DNA from: an uncultured Gammaproteobacteria bacterium
Lineage (GTDB): Bacteria > Patescibacteriota > Patescibacteriia > UBA9934
NCBI GenBank assembly: GCA_964452565.1
Contig: CAYVLY010000001.1
Span: forward strand, 224,351-288,350
DNA length: 64,000 bases
Direction of reading: 5' to 3'
Below, piece after piece: positions 38,157 through 48,057 of this stretch (its first letter is position 1; each line of letters opens with the position of its first letter). Both the position numbers and the translations under genes were made by a program. Under the pieces are notes generated by a model. The model made no database searches, was not told the origin of the DNA, and saw nothing but the letters and a program-made list of their open reading frames with translations.

Positions 38157-39442
38157 GCTTTTTTCTTAGGAGCTGTCTTCTTTTTCGTTGTTCGTTTTTT
38201 TGTAGGCTTCTTAGCCACCCTCTTTTTTACTGGTGCTTTCTTGACCAATGGCTTTACTACTTCCGGTTCTACCTTCTTTTCGATCTTAGTCTGTTTCTTC
38301 TTAGGTTTCTTGGCGATCGTTGCAATTGATAGAAGCAGCAGAATAATTAGCAGCCCAATAATAATCTGAACAAAAGGATTTGCCAAATGGAAGAATGAGA
38401 TTGAAATCTCCTGCACGTCTTCATGCACTACCCCATCACTATCAACAAGACTTAATCGAACTTCATAAACTCCAGGATTTTGATATTCATGCGCCACGCT
38501 TTCTTGAACCGACGATGTTCCATCTCCAAAATCCCAACTCAAGCTTTCATAAGTAGATGATTGCGCCAAAGACTGGAATGCATATGTTTTCCATCCTTCG
38601 CGCACATATACAAATGAAGCATTTGGTGACACATGCAATAACGCTCCAGATGATCGCTCGATAACAGTCTCTTCTACCTCGCCCTCATCATCTTCACCCC
38701 CAACCCCTTGATCAACCTCTTCACTCTGAGCATCCTCTTCAATTAGATCAAGGATCTCCTCCAACTCTTCCTCTGGAAAAAGCTCTACAATGATCTCATC
38801 TGCAACGAGCTCATGCACAGTCTCATCAGTTGGCGCTGCATCTTCTGAATCATCATATCCATCACCATCAGTGTCAGCGGTTTCTGGATCAGTTCCTAAC
38901 TCAGCCTCAACATCATCGTCAAGACCATCATTATCATCGTCATCATCACAGGCATTACCCACCCCATCACCATCAGTATCTTCTTGCGATGTATTTGAAA
39001 TATCTGGACAGTTATCTTCATCGTCATCCACTCCATCACCATCGTCATCTATTATAATCGAGAACAACGCAGTTAACGCCTCGTCATTTGAACTATTCGT
39101 ATCCTGAGGGTCAGTTCCTTTGATAAGCGCGCGGATATTAAAACTATCTTGAAAAGGAATCTCAAAATCAACCCATGCCTCTTCATTAGCACCATCTGCC
39201 ACCAGTGTTACAACCTGGCTTGAGTCAATTATGTCGCTTGCATTGTAAAAAGCAACATATCCACTAATGTCTGTATCTCCCGTGTTACGAACTTTAATAT
39301 AAATTCGCACTGTTTCTCCAGCAACAAATGTATCTGTTGAAAATCGAATGTCCGAAGAGCTAATCGACATGTCAGGACTTGATGCCATCGCTGAGATCGG
39401 CACTACGAGTGCCAAGAGCGCGATAAATAGTATCTTTTTCAT
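38153..39442 (-). CDS. cell-surface protein: signal peptide, thrombospondin type-3 Ca-binding repeats, PKD-like domain, C-terminal TM anchor and Lys-rich tail
   Basis: DxDGDGxxDxxD repeats, WDFGDGTSS PKD motif, C-terminal KKPKKK tail. Start at ATG 39442 avoids overlap with the pduL-like gene. Confidence 0.6.
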   Translation of the reverse strand: MKKILFIALLALVVPISAMASSPDMSISSSDIRFSTDTFVAGETVRIYIKVRNTGDTDISGYVAFYNASDIIDSSQVVTLVADGANEEAWVDFEIPFQDSFNIRALIKGTDPQDTNSSNDEALTALFSIIIDDDGDGVDDDEDNCPDISNTSQEDTDGDGVGNACDDDDDNDGLDDDVEAELGTDPETADTDGDGYDDSEDAAPTDETVHELVADEIIVELFPEEELEEILDLIEEDAQSEEVDQGVGGEDDEGEVEETVIERSSGALLHVSPNASFVYVREGWKTYAFQSLAQSSTYESLSWDFGDGTSSVQESVAHEYQNPGVYEVRLSLVDSDGVVHEDVQEISISFFHLANPFVQIIIGLLIILLLLSIATIAKKPKKKQTKIEKKVEPEVVKPLVKKAPVKKRVAKKPTKKRTTKKKTAPKKKA

Positions 39443-39447
39443 AAGCA

Positions 39448-40023
39448 CTAATCTAAAAGTCTTGCATGCACAGATCTTGTTATCCACAGATCTCGTGCAT
39501 AATCTGATGTTATCTCAATTCGTAATTGATAGGTAGGGTGTACTCGGACAACTACCCCCTCGAGAACTTGGGGTTTCTGTGTGAGCACCTCGATCGACAC
39601 CTCATCACCATTCATAATCCCAAGGGTTTGAGCATCGCCCGGTGAACAAAGTAGATGAGGCATCGTAACGATCAAGCCTTTTTCCAACTTCACTTCACCT
39701 TCATGACCTACAAGTTTGCATGACTTTGCATCTGACACGTCCCCTGATCGAACTTCTTGCGGGTCAAACCCAAGATAAGCAGCTTCAATCTTTGTAACTT
39801 CAACATGGCTCTTTTCCCAATGCGGCCCCAAGACTCGAAGTTTAATACTTCTTTTGAGCCGGCCATATACCTCAACTGTCTCATCACAAACATACTGACC
39901 GGTTTGTGATAGATTCCCTGCTACAGTCATTGCATATCCAGATCCAAAAAGAGCTATCTGATCTTTTTCAGATAGAAAGACGTGGGACGGAACGATGTCA
40001 ACAGGGATCGGACGCATAGGCAT
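39448..40023 (-). CDS. PduL/EutD-like phosphate acyltransferase (phosphotransacylase)
   Basis: Collinear similarity to PduL along the protein (IPVDIVPSHVFL, GQYVCDETVEVYG, LRVLGP, two-repeat beta-barrel architecture). Confidence 0.6.
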   Translation of the reverse strand: MPMRPIPVDIVPSHVFLSEKDQIALFGSGYAMTVAGNLSQTGQYVCDETVEVYGRLKRSIKLRVLGPHWEKSHVEVTKIEAAYLGFDPQEVRSGDVSDAKSCKLVGHEGEVKLEKGLIVTMPHLLCSPGDAQTLGIMNGDEVSIEVLTQKPQVLEGVVVRVHPTYQLRIEITSDYARDLWITRSVHARLLD

Positions 40024-40093
40024 TTGTCATTCTGAGTGCAACGAAGAATCTACTTAAGTGGATCCTTCACTTCGTTCAGGATGACAAAAAGCA

Positions 40094-41005
40094 TTACTTT
40101 CTTCTATCAATAAACCAAATTAAGAACCAGAACCCGATTAGTGACGCAATAATGATCATCGTTACTCGGCCAACATCATCAGCATATGGTAAGTCCGATA
40201 CGTTCATTCCATAATAACTTGCGATCAGAGTCGGCGGCATTAGTACTACCGAAATGATCGTGAGTAACCGAATGATCTCGTTCGTGCGGTGTGACAAGAG
40301 CGCTTCATTTACATCAAACAAACCATCAACAATATTTTTCAGATTGTCTGTGATAACCCACATGCCATCAAGCGTATCTTTCAAATCGTCGAAGTATACA
40401 TCAAGATCACTTGGCATAAAGCTCTTCTTGGCGTTCCCCATCTGCGATACGATAATCCGCTGTGGATCGATAACATGGCGCAGAAACAGCAAGTTTCGAC
40501 GCAATGTCCCAAGGCTTCGCGTTGTTCGCTTTCTATGTCGAGAATGTAGTTCATCTTCAAGTGTCTGAGTCTCGCGAGACAAAACCTTCAAAACTGACTT
40601 TGCATCTCGGAAAACATAATCAAGCAGCTTATAGACAAAATATCCTGTTGACTTACCCAATGCGTCACGCCTAAGACCAGTGCTTTTTGTTGCACGCGCA
40701 AAATAGCGATCAATTGCATCGATCTTTTCACGTGTGACAGTCACCACCTCCTTTGCGCTAACAAAAATCGCAACATCTGCTTTTTCGATCCTGTCACTTG
40801 CTGCGTTGTAATATGGAATCGCGAAAATCCCAAACAAGTAATACTTGTAAACATCCAACTTTGGCAGCTCTGCCATTTCCCTAATGTCATCAAAATCAAG
40901 AGGATGGAACTTGAAATCTTTTTGCAAAAACTCAATATCATGGTCCGTATACTTGGACACATGATGCCAGACGAATTTCTTTCCCTTTAGTTCCTTATGA
41001 GCCAT
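40094..41005 (-). CDS. corA: CorA-family Mg/Co transporter
   Basis: C-terminal two TM helices with YGMNV signature. Confidence 0.8.
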   Translation of the reverse strand: MAHKELKGKKFVWHHVSKYTDHDIEFLQKDFKFHPLDFDDIREMAELPKLDVYKYYLFGIFAIPYYNAASDRIEKADVAIFVSAKEVVTVTREKIDAIDRYFARATKSTGLRRDALGKSTGYFVYKLLDYVFRDAKSVLKVLSRETQTLEDELHSRHRKRTTRSLGTLRRNLLFLRHVIDPQRIIVSQMGNAKKSFMPSDLDVYFDDLKDTLDGMWVITDNLKNIVDGLFDVNEALLSHRTNEIIRLLTIISVVLMPPTLIASYYGMNVSDLPYADDVGRVTMIIIASLIGFWFLIWFIDRRK

Positions 41006-41067
41006 GCTTCCTCCTTATTTCTTATGACAAAATTATATCATAAACACGATCATCAATCGAAACAAAA

Positions 41068-41127
41068 AACCACCCGCACGTGTCGGGTGGTTTTTCACTA
41101 ACGACCCGATCGGGTCGTTAGTGAAAA
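41068..41127. terminator. two consecutive strong hairpins (ACCACCCGCACGTGTCGGGTGGTTTTT; 28-nt perfect palindrome CACTAACGACCCGATCGGGTCGTTAGTG)
   Basis: Bidirectional terminator architecture between corA and the next gene. Confidence 0.55.
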
Positions 41128-41129
41128 TA

Positions 41130-41822
41130 TTATTTTTCATTCAATACTTTCTCCTCCTTCTTAACTTCCGAATCCAACAACTTTCGATATCGCCTAAAGC
41201 CCAGCAACGCGAATATCAAAAATGAAATAACAAGTATTCCAGCCAAGTTGATCAGGAATAACTCCGATGCGTCTCGCATTAATCCCCAATCAGTTCCCCC
41301 AAGCCCAATTCCAACTGTAACTAAAGGCGGCAGCAAAGCAACAGATATCGCGATACCTGTAACAACTTCTTTAACTCCCTCATACGAAATAGCGAAGGCT
41401 GCGGCAGCTCCTGCGGCAAGCGCTACTGGAAACATGAATCCTATGTTTGTAGTTTGAATGATTTCACGTGATGCTCCAAGCGGGACATAGAAAAATGTAA
41501 TAACCATTGCTGTAACGATCGCGATCACCATTGAAAAGAAAATACTTAGGAACGACATCCGTAACATTCGAAAGTCAAGGACCAGAAATCCCATACTAAG
41601 TCCAAGAATCGGCCATAGCAATGGCGCTACCAACATCGCACCGATCACAACAGCCGGGCTGTCATTCAATAGTCCAAGAGTGGCGATCACGCTGGAGATA
41701 AAAATCAAGACTAAAAAAATCTTACGCGGTGAACTTTCCTCCACAAGCTTTTTTATAACCTTTGGCTGATCTACGATCTGCGGGTTAAAAAGCTTATTTT
41801 TCTTTGTGCCTACCATAACCAA
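41130..41822 (-). CDS. hypothetical polytopic membrane protein (DUF389-like hydrophobic domain)
   Basis: 230 aa, 5-6 TM helices. Confidence 0.45.
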   Translation of the reverse strand: MVMVGTKKNKLFNPQIVDQPKVIKKLVEESSPRKIFLVLIFISSVIATLGLLNDSPAVVIGAMLVAPLLWPILGLSMGFLVLDFRMLRMSFLSIFFSMVIAIVTAMVITFFYVPLGASREIIQTTNIGFMFPVALAAGAAAAFAISYEGVKEVVTGIAISVALLPPLVTVGIGLGGTDWGLMRDASELFLINLAGILVISFLIFALLGFRRYRKLLDSEVKKEEKVLNEK

Positions 41823-42531
41823 ATTTATATTTGAATCTTTTGTGTTTAATTGGACCTATAAATAACAGGTGCAATTCACCTAATATATATTTTACCGCGA
41901 TTGATAGCCTTCCGTCACGCTCCATCCTGCGGATAGAAACTGGAACCTTCACATTCTTCAAAAATCCAAACTTCGCCCCTGCCTTTACTGCTCTCATTGC
42001 ATAGTCATGATCTTCGCAAAACTCAACATCCTCATCAAAGCCTTTTATATCATCATGTAGAGATTTTTTCACAAAAATACAAAAGCCTGGAGTATGCGGA
42101 TGTACCGACCTCCACATTCGAACATATTTGTTATAAACCCAATGCGAAAACCTATCCCATGCATTTCCCTTAATCGGATAAACATCAGCGGTTGCAATAT
42201 CAAGGTTTCGATCTTGAAAAGACTTCCAAGCTTTTTCCAAAAACTTCTTGTCAGTAAGTTCAACGTCCGCATCAAGAAATAAAAGATAATCTGTTTTTGC
42301 GGCTGCTGCCCCAAAATTGCGTCCACGCGATGGCAAACCACCTTCAACAACTCGAGCTCCACTGTCGATCGCAATCTTAACTGTTTCATCTTTTGAACGA
42401 GCATCTGCAACAACAATCTCAGCAGGCTGAAGGGTCTGGCGCTTAATCGAACCCAAAAGCCGCGGAAGATACTCTTCCTCGTTGTATGTGATGATAATTA
42501 CCGAGAACTGTTTCATATCTAAAGTATACAA
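41794..42531 (-). CDS. family 2 glycosyltransferase
   Basis: FSVIIITYNEEEYLPRLLGSIKRQ ... VVADARSKDET. Confidence 0.8.
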   Translation of the reverse strand: MYTLDMKQFSVIIITYNEEEYLPRLLGSIKRQTLQPAEIVVADARSKDETVKIAIDSGARVVEGGLPSRGRNFGAAAAKTDYLLFLDADVELTDKKFLEKAWKSFQDRNLDIATADVYPIKGNAWDRFSHWVYNKYVRMWRSVHPHTPGFCIFVKKSLHDDIKGFDEDVEFCEDHDYAMRAVKAGAKFGFLKNVKVPVSIRRMERDGRLSIAVKYILGELHLLFIGPIKHKRFKYKFGYGRHKEK

Positions 42532-42990
42532 CTAATCTGTGTTCTGGGTTCTGCCTTCTGAGTTCTGTAACACATACATCGCTACCCCACTTGCAACCGA
42601 TACGTTAAGCGACCGTTTCTTGTCCATTGGAATCTCAACAATACCATCGAGCTTGTCGCGCGTTTCTTTATCAATTCCTTCGACCTCATTGCCAAGCACG
42701 AGCGCTATCTTTAAACTCTCGATCGAGTCGATGCTCTGAGCCTCTTTACCGGTCTCAAGTCCAAGAATTTGATATCTATCTGATCTGAGCTTTTCGAAAA
42801 TCTCATCAATACTTCCCTGCTCCCAGTCGACAATCTCCTCAGCGCCAAGTGCAACCTTGGCGATCTCCTTACGCGGAGGTGTTGCAGTTATCCCTGTGAG
42901 ATAGAGCTTTTCAACTCCAAAAGCAGCGCAATTCCTAAAAATCGCACCAACATTATGCAAACTTCGAATATTATGAGCAATAACTATCAT
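42532..42990 (-). CDS. SpoU-family (TrmH/TrmL-like) RNA 2-prime-O-methyltransferase
   Basis: SPOUT motifs LVLGNEVEGI and SLNVSVASGVAMY. Confidence 0.75.
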   Translation of the reverse strand: MIVIAHNIRSLHNVGAIFRNCAAFGVEKLYLTGITATPPRKEIAKVALGAEEIVDWEQGSIDEIFEKLRSDRYQILGLETGKEAQSIDSIESLKIALVLGNEVEGIDKETRDKLDGIVEIPMDKKRSLNVSVASGVAMYVLQNSEGRTQNTD

Positions 42991-43027
42991 AGTTGAACCA
43001 TTTCAGTTGAACTAAAATGGTTCAACT
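42991..43027. promoter_or_regulatory. palindrome AGTTGAACCATTT-N11-AAATGGTTCAACT (spacer itself contains AGTTGAAC)
   Basis: Perfect 13-bp arms. The core is shared with the clpB-upstream palindrome. Confidence 0.4.
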
Positions 43028-43129
43028 AACTTCTGGTGCGATTATCGCAGGAATCTTGATTATTCTCAACTATTACGCTACTCTCCGTGCAGTTAGTCCG
43101 CCCCATCCCCAACCTCTCATGGAGCATTC

Positions 43130-43747
43130 ATGTCTGATTCAGAACCCCCTCCCATACCCAGCGTGAAACTGCCCTATCGAGTTCACGAGGGTGAAAATCT
43201 CGGGAACACTGAGCAACGCAAGGCTGGAAAGCTCAAAAGCATCGTGGTCGACTCAACACTTGGCCTTATGCTTGGAACTCATTTTGCAAACCTGGACGCA
43301 CAAGTCCTCAACAAGCAAGATGAAGGACGCCTCAAGAATCGCTGCTTTCCAATTGGCGATCTCGCAATAGAAGGAGCAAGTCTCAACGGCACTGGTAGCG
43401 TGCACATGATCTTTGGAGAAAATGTGGCGCACTGCGTCATTGCGGGCATAGCCATCGAACGCGTTGTGATCAACTACGAGACTGGCATGACCTGGCGCGA
43501 GCTAGCCTGGCGCCTCAATGGCTATGCCCGCTACAGAATCGATGTCATCTGGGAAGCTGCCCGTGAGGCTGGCGCCCCGTTCCCCGGACACGAAGAAGAC
43601 CCCAATCCTCCTGCTCCAGAACCTGAGCCTGGTCCTAACTACATCGAACGGCTTTCGAGCAAGTCACCGCCACCCATTCAAGCCAGCTCCCCTATGCCTG
43701 GCCCGAGCGATGGTAAGCGGGAGCTCCCAGTCCTACTTCACGTATAG
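43130..43747 (+). CDS. hypothetical protein with Pro-rich C-terminus (GC-rich island)
   Basis: GGAG RBS, high GC3, terminator hairpin CCGTCCCGA...TCGGGACGG at about 43770-43810. Confidence 0.4.
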   Translation: MSDSEPPPIPSVKLPYRVHEGENLGNTEQRKAGKLKSIVVDSTLGLMLGTHFANLDAQVLNKQDEGRLKNRCFPIGDLAIEGASLNGTGSVHMIFGENVAHCVIAGIAIERVVINYETGMTWRELAWRLNGYARYRIDVIWEAAREAGAPFPGHEEDPNPPAPEPEPGPNYIERLSSKSPPPIQASSPMPGPSDGKRELPVLLHV

Positions 43748-43849
43748 CGACTGACCGGTCTAGCTGCAGCCCGTCTAACGTCCGTCCCGACACTCTCGGG
43801 ACGGTTCATGCTTTTAAAAACCAACAACTTGATCTATACTCGCCACACT

Positions 43850-44980
43850 ATGAACTCCCCCTGCCCTAACAAAGAAGTCTGTGGATCTTGCGGATGGTCG
43901 CATATCCCATATGATAAGCAGCTTGAACAAAAGCTTTCTGACATAAACGGAAGCTTTAAGTTGAAGAAACTTGATCTTAGATGTGAGGAGATCCTGCCTG
44001 CAATGAAAATCGAGCACTATCGCAATCGCATGGATTTTGTAATTGATTTTGAGGGTCGTGTTGGTCTTAGGCAAAAAGGTAAATGGTGGCGTGTGATTGA
44101 TGATCATACCTGCTTTATTGCAGATAAAAAAATCGAAAAGCATTTTAAACAAGTACGCGACTGGACCAAAACTGCAGGTCTTACTTTCTTTGATCGAAAA
44201 GCGCATACTGGGCTTCTTCGATATGCCGTGATCCGATCAACTTCGATCGGTCAAACCATGATAAACATTGTTACAAGTGCACCGACCAATAAAGTCGAAG
44301 AAGATCGTATTCAATTAGCACTCGATGAGCTCGTGCAGCTTGCCAACCCAACAACATTAATCTGGTCGATAAATCACACAATTTCTGATGTATCTTTTGG
44401 GGATGAACTTCAGACCATCTCAGGCCCAGGATATATCGAAGAAGAATTCGATGAAATCAAATATCGAATCTCGCCAAACGCCTTTTTCCAAACAAATCTG
44501 GATACTGCGCCTTTATTACTTAAAACAGTGCAGAAGTTTATCGGCAATGCATCAAATAAGACCATTCTTGATCTTTACTGCGGAACTGGGTTCTTTTCTA
44601 TCGCATTAGCAAAGGACGTAAAGAAAACGATCGGAGTAGAACTTGTACCCGAGGCAATCGAGGACGCCAAAGTAAATGCCGAACTCAACAATGTCGAAGT
44701 TGAATACCACGATGCAAAGACTGAGGAGTTTGATTGGAAAGATTTGAATCCTGATATTTTGATCCTTGATCCGCCCAGATCTGGAATGCACGACAAGGCT
44801 CTTCAAGATGTGATCGATGCACGGCCGCCAGAGATCATCTATATATCGTGCAACTATAAAAACTTTGCTCGTGAACTAGTCGAGCTTCAAAAGTATTATC
44901 AAGTTGACAAGATGCGCGCAATCGACATGTTTCCGCACACTCCACATATTGAATTGATTACAAAGCTCGAACTAAAATAA
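43850..44980 (+). CDS. 23S rRNA (uracil-5)-methyltransferase RlmD/RumA family (Fe-S cluster + SAM MTase)
   Basis: N-terminal Cys cluster CGSCGW, SAM motif LDLYCGTGFF, DPPRSG. Confidence 0.8.
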   Translation: MNSPCPNKEVCGSCGWSHIPYDKQLEQKLSDINGSFKLKKLDLRCEEILPAMKIEHYRNRMDFVIDFEGRVGLRQKGKWWRVIDDHTCFIADKKIEKHFKQVRDWTKTAGLTFFDRKAHTGLLRYAVIRSTSIGQTMINIVTSAPTNKVEEDRIQLALDELVQLANPTTLIWSINHTISDVSFGDELQTISGPGYIEEEFDEIKYRISPNAFFQTNLDTAPLLLKTVQKFIGNASNKTILDLYCGTGFFSIALAKDVKKTIGVELVPEAIEDAKVNAELNNVEVEYHDAKTEEFDWKDLNPDILILDPPRSGMHDKALQDVIDARPPEIIYISCNYKNFARELVELQKYYQVDKMRAIDMFPHTPHIELITKLELK

Positions 44981-45412
44981 TGATTTCGATAACCACTTGG
45001 GTGCGACTCCGTCCCCCAAACCCCTGCCTACCGGCAGGCAGGCCCAGGGCCCCATTTCTTTGAAGCAGCAAAGAAATTGGGAAAAGAAACTGCTAGCCAC
45101 AGTGCTGCGCTGTCCATGCATTACCCCTGACATACAAACGGGCATTTTGAGCTCCATTTGTTTATATGGATAAATGTCACGCAAAATGCTATTCCGTTCT
45201 CCTGCCCGGGGATAAGCATGAACGTGCTCGCAGTGTGGCTAAGATGAGAAAAGAAGCGCGTTTGCGCTTCTTTTTATCTCGTTAACTCAGAAAATTTTCA
45301 GAATTGTGTGTATCGCTAGGAGACAACCGAGCAAGTCGCGAGCCGTACTAAAATGTACGGTGAGCGAGTAGCGGAGGTTTCGATACCGCGATACGCCGAT
45401 TCTGGATGTTTA

Positions 45413-45787
45413 CTACTCAAACCACTTCCATTGTGGTCGCATAAATAGGTACGTAATCAACAACCCAAGGAATCCAAATATTGCTGTCCAAAGCGATACC
45501 CCTGCAACCAGGTTAAGGATAAACGCTAGAACTGTTGTTCCGATTAATGCCTGGAATGCCCACATCTTCCACTGCCAGATGAAGATCAATAACACGAAAT
45601 TAGCCACACCGATAAGACCCATGATAAACATGATCCATCCTGGCATGACTAGGTATGCTGATGACAATAAAGATCCTAGGTTTGCAAGCGCTGCCCATGC
45701 TGCTCCGATCATCATCAGAACGAGCCAAATACTAAGTCCAACATTGCGCTTCTTTGCCTTTGGACTTGGTTTAATATTTTCTACCAT
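45413..45787 (-). CDS. hypothetical small membrane protein (4 TM)
   Basis: 124-aa ORF with hydrophobic helices. Confidence 0.45.
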   Translation of the reverse strand: MVENIKPSPKAKKRNVGLSIWLVLMMIGAAWAALANLGSLLSSAYLVMPGWIMFIMGLIGVANFVLLIFIWQWKMWAFQALIGTTVLAFILNLVAGVSLWTAIFGFLGLLITYLFMRPQWKWFE

Positions 45788-45861
45788 AGTTTTTGGTTAA
45801 GATTTTTTATGTGCTTAGTATATCTTTTGTATGATGTTCGCGGAAAACCTTCTGTGGACAA

Positions 45862-45890
45862 TTGACGCGATCTTTTTTCCGTGTTACAAA
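45862..45890 (+). promoter_or_regulatory. sigma-70-like promoter TTGACG-N17-TACAAA for the tandem small-protein family
   Basis: Same architecture as the promoter at 57541-57569. Confidence 0.45.
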
Positions 45891-45924
45891 GATTGCCACA
45901 CTTCAGTGGAACGGAGAAATCTCA

Positions 45925-46257
45925 ATGCTCTCTGACAATCTCATGCTCGCGCGTATGCAGCGACACGGACTCGCTGGCAGAATCCCACACGAAACCAAAG
46001 GCACAATCCAAGCGCTCGTCGCGCTTCGTCGTCCCCCTGGCCTACACCGTCTGCGCACTACTGCAAGACGTACGATCAAACTCTTCACCCTGGGTCGCAT
46101 GGGCCACAGGGACGACGGGCGCTACGGCCGAGTCTACGCTGCCAAGCGCAACTGCATTCGAGCCAAGATCCCGTCCGGGGTCATCGAGGGCGTCTTCCCA
46201 GAGGGCCCGAGCTGCTCAGAGATCGCCTGGCAGGAGATCTTCGTAGGCCTTTGGTAG
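45925..46257 (+). CDS. hypothetical small protein, family member A (motifs ALVALRRPP ... VFPEGPS)
   Basis: GGAGAAATCTCA-ATG RBS. Shares motifs with the two downstream paralogs. Confidence 0.45.
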   Translation: MLSDNLMLARMQRHGLAGRIPHETKGTIQALVALRRPPGLHRLRTTARRTIKLFTLGRMGHRDDGRYGRVYAAKRNCIRAKIPSGVIEGVFPEGPSCSEIAWQEIFVGLW

Positions 46258-46309
46258 AGGTCACAGAACACCTTCAAGCCTTCAACCGGCAACCCGGGAA
46301 AGGAGAACG

Positions 46310-46759
46310 ATGGACTACAGAAAACACCATATGCAAGATCGGCACCACGTAGTGCCACCAAGCCAGATGCTGCGGCGTGCACATCGTCTGCTCGCGCATA
46401 GCGATGAACAAAACGCCGTACTCGTAGCAGACAGAAACCTACGCGCCCTGGTCAAGATGAGACGTCCGCGCAAAGGACACTGGCTGAGCGACAGAGTCAC
46501 GATCCTGTGCGAAGGCCTCGGCCTGGAGGATCCTGACGAAACGCGGGGGGAGGAGATCGGGGCGCTCAAGCTCGCCTGCCAAGAAGCTGGTATGGCACCC
46601 TGGGCCATCAACCACGTCTTCCCGGAATGTCCGATGGATGTCGATGAGCCGATAGAAGAGCCCGACGCCAGGCGCATCGGCCCAATCGAGCGCCTCCGCC
46701 TCGCCAAGCTGCGTTTCTGGATGGCAGTCGACAATAGCTTCGGCCCCACCACCTCATGA
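46310..46759 (+). CDS. hypothetical small protein, family member B (ALVKMRRPR ... VFPECP)
   Basis: AAAGGAGAACG-ATG RBS. Followed by the hairpin ACGACCACCCTTCTCGGGTGGTCGC. Confidence 0.45.
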   Translation: MDYRKHHMQDRHHVVPPSQMLRRAHRLLAHSDEQNAVLVADRNLRALVKMRRPRKGHWLSDRVTILCEGLGLEDPDETRGEEIGALKLACQEAGMAPWAINHVFPECPMDVDEPIEEPDARRIGPIERLRLAKLRFWMAVDNSFGPTTS

Positions 46760-46776
46760 TCGCACCACGTTTCCTC

Positions 46777-46801
46777 ACGACCACCCTTCTCGGGTGGTCG
46801 C
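46777..46801 (+). terminator. hairpin ACGACCACCCTTCTCGGGTGGTCGC; identical 25-nt copy at 47391-47415
   Basis: Exact duplicate after members B and C of the tandem family. Confidence 0.55.
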
Positions 46802-46879
46802 CATACTTCAAGGTTGACTGGGCCCGACTTTCGTGCTATAACTTTCAACCACCCTAGTAGATCAATCAAGGAGGCCCTC

Positions 46880-47359
46880 TTGGTCACCCTCTACAAATTC
46901 ATGCCCCAGGTGGAATTCGCAACCCCAATGCACCAGCGCATCTATGACTGCTGGAACGATGGGCGCATTCCACAGACACAGCAGGCAGCGAAGGCCATAG
47001 GCGCACTCTACAGGTTGCGCCGAACCACGCGCCTGCGCTGTGTACGCGACTGGATCACAGAATGGATCGATACCGCCTTCGAGCAGAGCCCCAACGAAGC
47101 GCTGATGGCCCGACGCAACGCAGTCAGAGATGCCAAGGCAGCATGTGCCAAGGCCGGTATCCCGCTCGAGGTCATCGACTGCATCTTCCCAGAAGGCCCA
47201 AGCGCCCTGAATGCGAAGAGCTACGGAAGGCAGGTGGACATCGAGCCTGAGCAGCAGACTAGGCAGGCTGCCGAAGAACCGCGCCGCAGTATCTTCCAGC
47301 GATTCCACCTCTGGCGCGAACGCCAGCGCCACGCTACGCACATGGATGGCACCCGCTGA
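46880..47359 (+). CDS. hypothetical small protein, family member C (ALYRLRRTT ... IFPEGPS)
   Basis: AGGAGG 5 nt upstream of the TTG at 46880. Shares motifs with A and B. Confidence 0.4.
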   Translation: MVTLYKFMPQVEFATPMHQRIYDCWNDGRIPQTQQAAKAIGALYRLRRTTRLRCVRDWITEWIDTAFEQSPNEALMARRNAVRDAKAACAKAGIPLEVIDCIFPEGPSALNAKSYGRQVDIEPEQQTRQAAEEPRRSIFQRFHLWRERQRHATHMDGTR

Positions 47360-47527
47360 CCTTGTCCTGACCCTCGAGTCAAGGACAGCTACGACCACCC
47401 TTCTCGGGTGGTCGCTTGCTTTCTAACCAATGGTTTACAGTCTATAATAAATGTGATAGCTTCTAAGGCCCCTTCAACCCCCAACGAGCCCAATCGTAGA
47501 TCCGTCGATGGGCTTGGAGAACATAAA

Positions 47528-47923
47528 ATGAGCATGTTCGAAGAATGCCTCAAAAACACCTACTTCAACGTATCAGCGCTGATCGTAACCTTCTTCGTAA
47601 CCCGTATCATCCCCGCAAGCGACCCCTCTGGCTTCATGAGCAGCTCCATGAACACAAAGGGAATGTACTTGATTATGTACATTGGGGTCATCATCATGGT
47701 CGCAGCCGCATTCAACAAGGAAAAATCGAGACTCACATACGCATGCGCTGGAGTGGGTCTAGGACTCTGCTTCCCAATTGTGGGTAACATGCTATTCAGT
47801 GGCATGTTCATCGCCTTGCTGGCCAACGCAGCCATCGTGGTCATCATGATCGTGGCAGCAAACATCGTGGAATACAAGATGGACGAGATAGCCTACATCG
47901 AGCGTCCAGACGACTTCTACTAG
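47528..47923 (+). CDS. hypothetical small membrane protein
   Basis: ATG at 47528 (MSMFEECL), 3-4 TM helices, terminator GCGCCCCGCACTTGGGGCGC + T-run after the stop. Confidence 0.45.
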   Translation: MSMFEECLKNTYFNVSALIVTFFVTRIIPASDPSGFMSSSMNTKGMYLIMYIGVIIMVAAAFNKEKSRLTYACAGVGLGLCFPIVGNMLFSGMFIALLANAAIVVIMIVAANIVEYKMDEIAYIERPDDFY

Positions 47924-47973
47924 CCCTCGCTACTCCGCAACCGTCGCGCCCCGCACTTGGGGCGCTTGTGCTT

Positions 47974-48004
47974 TTATCCATAGCGAGGTCCAACCTCCAG
48001 GAGG
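47974..48004. other. 31-bp perfect inverted repeat CGAGGTCCAACCTCC-A-GGAGGTTGGACCTCG upstream of era
   Basis: 15-bp perfect arms with a 1-nt spacer. Confidence 0.5.
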
Positions 48005-48057
48005 TTGGACCTCGGAACAAAACTTCTGTATCCTGCCTACTGTATACTATTACCACT

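Noticed and set aside
45300-45412. Possible tRNA near GGAGGTTTCGATACCGCG
   Set aside because: No acceptor/T-arm geometry could be folded. Only simple hairpins.
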